From: an uncultured Gammaproteobacteria bacterium
GTDB lineage: Bacteria; Patescibacteriota; Microgenomatia; Levybacterales; GWA1-39-11
Length of the DNA stretch: 64,000 nucleotides
Direction: 5' to 3'
NCBI GenBank assembly: GCA_964651815.1
Contig: CAZYWG010000008.1
Span: 4,824 to 68,823 of the forward strand
The position numbers and the translations under genes were made by a program. The notes beneath the pieces were generated by a model. The model saw nothing but the letters and a program-made list of their open reading frames with translations, was not told the origin of the DNA and searched no databases. Shown one piece after another: positions 59,843 to 64,000 of this stretch. How positions within the stretch are numbered: position 1 is the stretch's first letter; every line of letters starts with the position of its first letter.

Positions 59843-60115
59843 GGGCAAAAGGTCTGAAGCCTTTACTATTAAGGACTTTGAAATTTTGTATAAAGCACGA
59901 ATTGTCGGATTTCTCTTACCAAGCTCTATCAAACCTATGTATGTACGATACAATGATAGTGTACTTGCTAATTCTTCTTGTGTTATACCTTTTGCTTGAC
60001 GAACTTTCTGCATTTTTCTTCCGTAATTCCCCAAGATATGTTTGTGACTTATTGGTTTACCCATTGCTCCTATTTTAGATACTGTTAGTATCGATCTCGA
60101 CAGACTCCTTGTCAT
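59837..60115 (-). CDS. XRE-family HTH transcriptional regulator
   Basis: QKVRQAKGITQEELASTLSLYRTYIGLIELGKRNPTIRALYKISKSL = HTH_3. Confidence 0.7.
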   Translation of the reverse strand: MTRSLSRSILTVSKIGAMGKPISHKHILGNYGRKMQKVRQAKGITQEELASTLSLYRTYIGLIELGKRNPTIRALYKISKSLIVKASDLLPL

Positions 60116-60177
60116 CTTGCGATTAAAGGAATAATATTAAGTAGGTTAAGGTATTTATTCTTACTTTAAAGATTAAA

Positions 60178-60480
60178 ATGAGTATTAAGTGGCTGTGTGT
60201 AGCCTCAGGATTTATTCTTTTTCTGGCGATTATTCCAACGTGGCCATACGGTTATTACATTTTCCTTCGCTGGTCAATATTTATTTCCTCACTAATTGTT
60301 GCTTACAGTTTTAATATTTTTAAAAAAACAGGTTTGGTTCTAGTTTTTGGAGCTGTTGCTTATCTTTTTAATCCCATAATACCAGTTTATCTTACTCGTC
60401 AAATGTGGACACCAATAGACTTCTTGTCGGCTATCATATTCTTTGTAGGATCTGAAGCTGTAAAGGAAAATAAACAATGA
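60178..60480 (+). CDS. small polytopic membrane protein
   Basis: 100 aa, 3 TM. Stop overlaps the next start (ATGA). Confidence 0.4.
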   Translation: MSIKWLCVASGFILFLAIIPTWPYGYYIFLRWSIFISSLIVAYSFNIFKKTGLVLVFGAVAYLFNPIIPVYLTRQMWTPIDFLSAIIFFVGSEAVKENKQ

Positions 60481-61757
60481 AATTTATAAATGGATTATTT
60501 TCGGGAGCCTTAGGAATAATATGGATTGCTGGAATGCTTACTATTTCTACACTAATTCTCATTTTTGGAGTTCGAATAGCCTTAACAATTAATCCTTTTT
60601 TAAATGTTGCAACTTCTATTTTTACTAGTATTTGCATACTCATATTACTACCCTTAGCAATTTTTAAAAAAACTAGAATTGTATCTATTTATGGTCTGCT
60701 TATTGCTTCGTTTGTATTTGGCGCAAACCTATGGTTATTTTCATTTCTTACAACTTATTTCTATTGGGGATTTTTTGGTGTTGTTCTTGGACTTATCATC
60801 ATAGGTGTAGGCGTAATTCCATTTGCACTAATCGCTTCTTTATTCCATTCAGATTGGTCAAGTATACTAAATATTTTTTATCTTTTAATCATAACCTATG
60901 GAGGAAGAACATTAAGTTTTTACTGGGCGAAAAAACTTGACGAACAAAACTTAAGAAAAATATCCGAAGAAACGGTCGGAATAAACAATATTGGCAATAA
61001 CAACATCGAGGTTGATCCTTTAATTGAACAGGCTATTGATTTACTCAAAAGCAATGATGAAGTTTCGGCATCTCTCTTTCAAGTAAGGCTCGCAATAATC
61101 TTTGAACGAGCAGATCATATTCTAAATACATTTGTTAATTACAATATCATTTCTCCCTCAGAAAATAGAAAACCCAACAAAGTATTATTTACCAACCGCG
61201 ATCAATTCGAAAAAGCGAAAGAATACTTTAGAAGTTTTCCGAAATTAGATCCGCGTAGATTCACAAATGAACTTGATGTAATACCGACTCCAAATACAGA
61301 CGATGAGATTTATCCGGAGGTGGTAAAATTTGTACAAACTCTTAAAGAAGTTAACTCCTCTACTCTGCAACAGCATTTTGATATTGGCTTTAATCGTGCT
61401 GCTAGATTTTTAGAGAAAATGGAAAATGAAGAAATCTTAGAAAGTCCTATTGGCAACCAACCACAAAAAGTTCTTACTTCTTGGATGACAACAGACACGA
61501 AATTAAACTCACAAGGATTAATGATAGTGGAATGTCTTAAGGCATTTGGTATACAAACCCGTATAGATGAAGTTAATATTAAAAAGAATAGCATCGAGTA
61601 TTGCCTAGATGTAGCACTTGGTTCACCAATGGAAGAGATTGTTAAACGTGAAAGGGATATTGCAGCAATAGTTGAATCGCCAACTGGTAAAGTGGAAATT
61701 CAAGCTCCAATACCCGGGAAATCTCAAGTTGGAATAACTGTCCCAATTAAATATTGA
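60477..61757 (+). CDS. motor-less FtsK-like protein: membrane domain + two FtsK-gamma wHTH + FtsK alpha-subdomain fragment
   Basis: aa 1-150 polytopic. DPLIEQAIDLL...KPNKVL and DEIYPEVVKFVQTLKEVNSSTLQQHFDIGFNRAARFLEKMENEEIL...QKVL both match the FtsK gamma signature (..S.LQR.F.IGYNRAAR..E.ME..GIV...KPREVL). The C-terminal LKAFGIQTRIDEVN...VEIQAPIPGKSQVGITVP matches the end of the FtsK alpha domain (..aPIPGKs.VGIEvPN). No Walker A or RecA-like domain follows. Confidence 0.55.
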   Translation: MKFINGLFSGALGIIWIAGMLTISTLILIFGVRIALTINPFLNVATSIFTSICILILLPLAIFKKTRIVSIYGLLIASFVFGANLWLFSFLTTYFYWGFFGVVLGLIIIGVGVIPFALIASLFHSDWSSILNIFYLLIITYGGRTLSFYWAKKLDEQNLRKISEETVGINNIGNNNIEVDPLIEQAIDLLKSNDEVSASLFQVRLAIIFERADHILNTFVNYNIISPSENRKPNKVLFTNRDQFEKAKEYFRSFPKLDPRRFTNELDVIPTPNTDDEIYPEVVKFVQTLKEVNSSTLQQHFDIGFNRAARFLEKMENEEILESPIGNQPQKVLTSWMTTDTKLNSQGLMIVECLKAFGIQTRIDEVNIKKNSIEYCLDVALGSPMEEIVKRERDIAAIVESPTGKVEIQAPIPGKSQVGITVPIKY

Positions 61758-62101
61758 CCATGCAACAACAAGGAGAAAAATATTCTAGTAAACAGGCTAA
61801 AATGCTTTATGACGCCCTTTGTGCAAAGGGAATTGCTTCAGAATTAGAATATTCTGATGGACATAAAACTGTTGACATTGCAATATTAAATCCTCGAATA
61901 TACATAGAAGTTGACGGCATTCAACATTTTACAAACCCAGAACAAATAATTAGAGATTTCAAGAGATATCATTTTTCAGACGGTGATGATTTTAGTACTT
62001 TCTATGTTACGAACCAAATTATAGATTTGTATTTAGACGAAGTTGTTAATGCACTAGTAAAGGTCATTGAAATGAAAACTTCAGGAATGAATAGACAATG
62101 A
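61754..62101 (+). CDS. DUF559/Vsr-like endonuclease-fold protein
   Basis: AKMLYDALCAKGI..ELEYSDGHKTVDIAILNPRIYIEVDGIQHF resembles the DUF559 pattern (E..L...L...G......Q......Y.VDF......L.IEVDG..H). Start overlaps the FtsK-like stop. Confidence 0.5.
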   Translation: MTMQQQGEKYSSKQAKMLYDALCAKGIASELEYSDGHKTVDIAILNPRIYIEVDGIQHFTNPEQIIRDFKRYHFSDGDDFSTFYVTNQIIDLYLDEVVNALVKVIEMKTSGMNRQ

Positions 62102-62153
62102 AAATACCGCAAAATAAACAAGTATTACAGGCACTTGGAAAATGGGTGGATAA

Positions 62154-62684
62154 ATGAAGAAAATTATCGGAGCTATTATAACCTTGGTCATCGGGGGAAC
62201 CGTATATACGTTCAGTCAAGCTGATTTAGTTAAGAATTTTTCAAAAGATACTGGGCTTTCACAACAAGAAGCTCAACAATATGTAAATGGAATAAAAAAG
62301 GAAGATCTGCAATCATTCGATAAAATAGGCTCAGAGTTTATATCTCAAGGTCAACAAATAGAACAGCTGACAAACAAGATTGATTGTGCTAATTACACAT
62401 ATAAATGGGTATCTGACAATTTGAGTTGTGAAGAAGGGAAAAATGAACTCAATACGATCGGGAATAATGAGATAGATTTAGGAAATGCATACAAGATTTT
62501 AGACACTGATAAAGCTACAAAGAATGATATGTCCTCCGCAATAAAAGATATAGATACGTTAAACTCCGATTTTGAGCTAGGTATAGCTACTGCTTTATTA
62601 GACCAGAAAATTATAGAAGATACAAAGAAAACGAACTCATACAACAAAGCTTTGCTTGAATCTGCATTAAATAGTAAGAACTAA
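62154..62684 (+). CDS. secreted hypothetical protein
   Basis: 176 aa with signal peptide MKKIIGAIITLVIGGTVYTFSQA. Confidence 0.4.
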   Translation: MKKIIGAIITLVIGGTVYTFSQADLVKNFSKDTGLSQQEAQQYVNGIKKEDLQSFDKIGSEFISQGQQIEQLTNKIDCANYTYKWVSDNLSCEEGKNELNTIGNNEIDLGNAYKILDTDKATKNDMSSAIKDIDTLNSDFELGIATALLDQKIIEDTKKTNSYNKALLESALNSKN

Positions 62685-62697
62685 AAAGTTTTTTAAT

Positions 62698-63366
62698 TTA
62701 ACGAGTAGTAGTGTTTGTTATTGCATTCTTGACCGGACTTAATAATTTCTTTTGATAAATATCCATATCATACGGAAACTCGTTTTCATATAACTTGTTA
62801 AGTGCTCTTTGTTTTCTTGTGAGTTTACCAGCATAGGTTTTTCTTCTTATTTTCTGCCTCAGCTCATCTGCTTTTTTACGGTTAGTTAAAACGTAAAATA
62901 ATGCATAATCCTTATACCTTCTATTTTCGTTTCTTGAGCTATAACTTAGATTATAACAATGCCTACAAGCAAAATAATTTCCACCTTTGTATAATACCGC
63001 AACCCTTCGCCCACAGTATTTTCCGTTTGCCCATAGATTACAAAGAAACCACCATCTCTTTCCTCCAAAAAAACAATTTGTGGAAGTTAAGGGCAATTTG
63101 TAATTGTACTTAGTCTCTTCATTAGTATCCCGATCTGTTACCTTATAATCCAGTTCAATATACTGTTTTGCTTCTAACAAACTGACTATGATGATTATAT
63201 TGCTTTCTTGTCCGGTCCAACTATTATACCACCTAATTCCACCAGATTTCCAACACCCTTTATCGAGGTAACCATTCTTTTTTAGCCACCAGGTTTGTAT
63301 TTTAAGTAGCGAATCTGCCTCCTGCTTAGATGAATAGTAATATCTGCCCATAATTGCCGAAATCAA
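62698..63366 (-). CDS. Cys/Trp-rich hypothetical protein
   Basis: 222 aa downstream of and co-directional with the integrase. No motif. Confidence 0.4.
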   Translation of the reverse strand: MISAIMGRYYYSSKQEADSLLKIQTWWLKKNGYLDKGCWKSGGIRWYNSWTGQESNIIIIVSLLEAKQYIELDYKVTDRDTNEETKYNYKLPLTSTNCFFGGKRWWFLCNLWANGKYCGRRVAVLYKGGNYFACRHCYNLSYSSRNENRRYKDYALFYVLTNRKKADELRQKIRRKTYAGKLTRKQRALNKLYENEFPYDMDIYQKKLLSPVKNAITNTTTR

Positions 63367-63396
63367 TAGAGATTATGTGAGAAATAGCCTCACAGA

Positions 63397-64000
63397 TTAT
63401 TTAATTAAAACTTGTAAGCTCAAGCTGCCATCTCGTTCAAGAAGAGTTAGATTAAATCGTGAATCATCAGCCAAATGAAAGTTTTGAAGCATTTCCTTTA
63501 ATTCCCTTAATATTTCTTTTGGATCGACGTTTTTACGTACCATAGGATGCCTCATAGCTGCCCTTTCTAACGTTTTATCTGCCAAGTGCATATATGTTGA
63601 ATAAGTTGTTTGAATATCTTTGTGTCCAACAAGTGTTGCAACTTCTGTTATTGGAACTCCTGCCTCAAGCATATGCGTAATATAGCTATGTCTGAAGTTA
63701 TGAGGGAATGTTCTTTTCACAACTCCAGCTGCAACAGCTCGTCTTTTTAGGTCTGTGCTAAAGTCAGTCACTTGAACTGTCGTTTCCATAATATTTCTAA
63801 AAACTCTATCATTTGGTTTTCTATTTTTTGTTAGCTCAACTAATTTAGTTTTAAGTGGTTCAGTAAAATAAGCCGTTCGATTCTCATTTGTTTTAGTGTT
63901 CACAAAAGTTGCTCTACCAGCACTAATATCAACGTGTTCTGTGGTTAATTCAGCTGCTTCAGAGTATCTACATCCAGTGTATGCGAGGAACATGGTCATT
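63397..64000 (-). CDS. tyrosine recombinase/integrase, catalytic domain (N-terminus beyond window)
   Basis: FLAYTGCRYSEAAEL (box I Arg), HNFRHSYITHMLEAG (HxxR), LVGHKDIQTTYSTYMH (catalytic Tyr). Only about 200 aa are visible, and the ORF runs into the window edge. Confidence 0.8.
   Translation of the reverse strand, partial: MTMFLAYTGCRYSEAAELTTEHVDISAGRATFVNTKTNENRTAYFTEPLKTKLVELTKNRKPNDRVFRNIMETTVQVTDFSTDLKRRAVAAGVVKRTFPHNFRHSYITHMLEAGVPITEVATLVGHKDIQTTYSTYMHLADKTLERAAMRHPMVRKNVDPKEILRELKEMLQNFHLADDSRFNLTLLERDGSLSLQVLIK

Larger units (their letters stand above)
57000..64000. mobile_element. putative integrative element/prophage remnant (boundaries not resolved)
   Basis: Cluster of short unknown ORFs, SpoVG-like and DUF5659-like genes, an XRE regulator, an FtsK-gamma-containing protein, a DUF559 nuclease-like gene and a tyrosine integrase at the edge. 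No att repeats identified. Confidence 0.35.

Noticed and set aside
1-64000. CRISPR arrays, rRNA, tRNA, DGR/retron reverse transcriptase
   Set aside because: No spaced direct-repeat arrays in any intergenic region, no rRNA-like conserved blocks, no clover-leaf candidates, and no YxDD reverse-transcriptase motif in any ORF.

Overview
Low-GC, gene-dense bacterial window with Patescibacteria/CPR-like traits. About 24 kb of the minus strand (11.7-36.0 kb) is one co-directional division/cell-wall (dcw) supercluster: mraZ-rsmH-ftsL-ftsI-[GC-rich insert]-murC-murA-glmU-like-murF-like-mraY-ftsW-murG-ftsQ-like-ftsA-[five extra genes incl. two giant unknown proteins]-ftsZ. Four direct TGGGA repeats upstream of mraZ look like its operator. 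Two short segments (about 7.88-9.15 kb and 31.44-32.71 kb) are visibly GC-richer than the rest and carry small secreted/membrane proteins; the second sits inside the dcw cluster. The 5' flank has an archaeal-type PEP carboxylase, two GT-C glycosyltransferases, a LOG protein, a YgjP-like hydrolase and a two-component pair. Past the dcw cluster come GlyRS, TspO, DUF2207, an LTD/TP-repeat protein and an EEP nuclease/ImmA-like protease/sigma-region-4 operon. Then follow a triple topoisomerase-type zinc-ribbon protein, TrhO, Nudix and a DUF433/DUF5615 toxin-antitoxin pair. The SOS-like locus is an SRAP peptidase divergent from a small coupled ORF plus a Y-family polymerase, followed by a 730-aa protein built from about 14 tandem 40-aa repeats. 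The last 7 kb looks mobile-element-like: SpoVG-like, DUF5659, XRE regulator, a motor-less FtsK-like protein, a DUF559 nuclease-like protein and a tyrosine integrase cut by the window edge. No rRNA, tRNA or CRISPR array could be supported.
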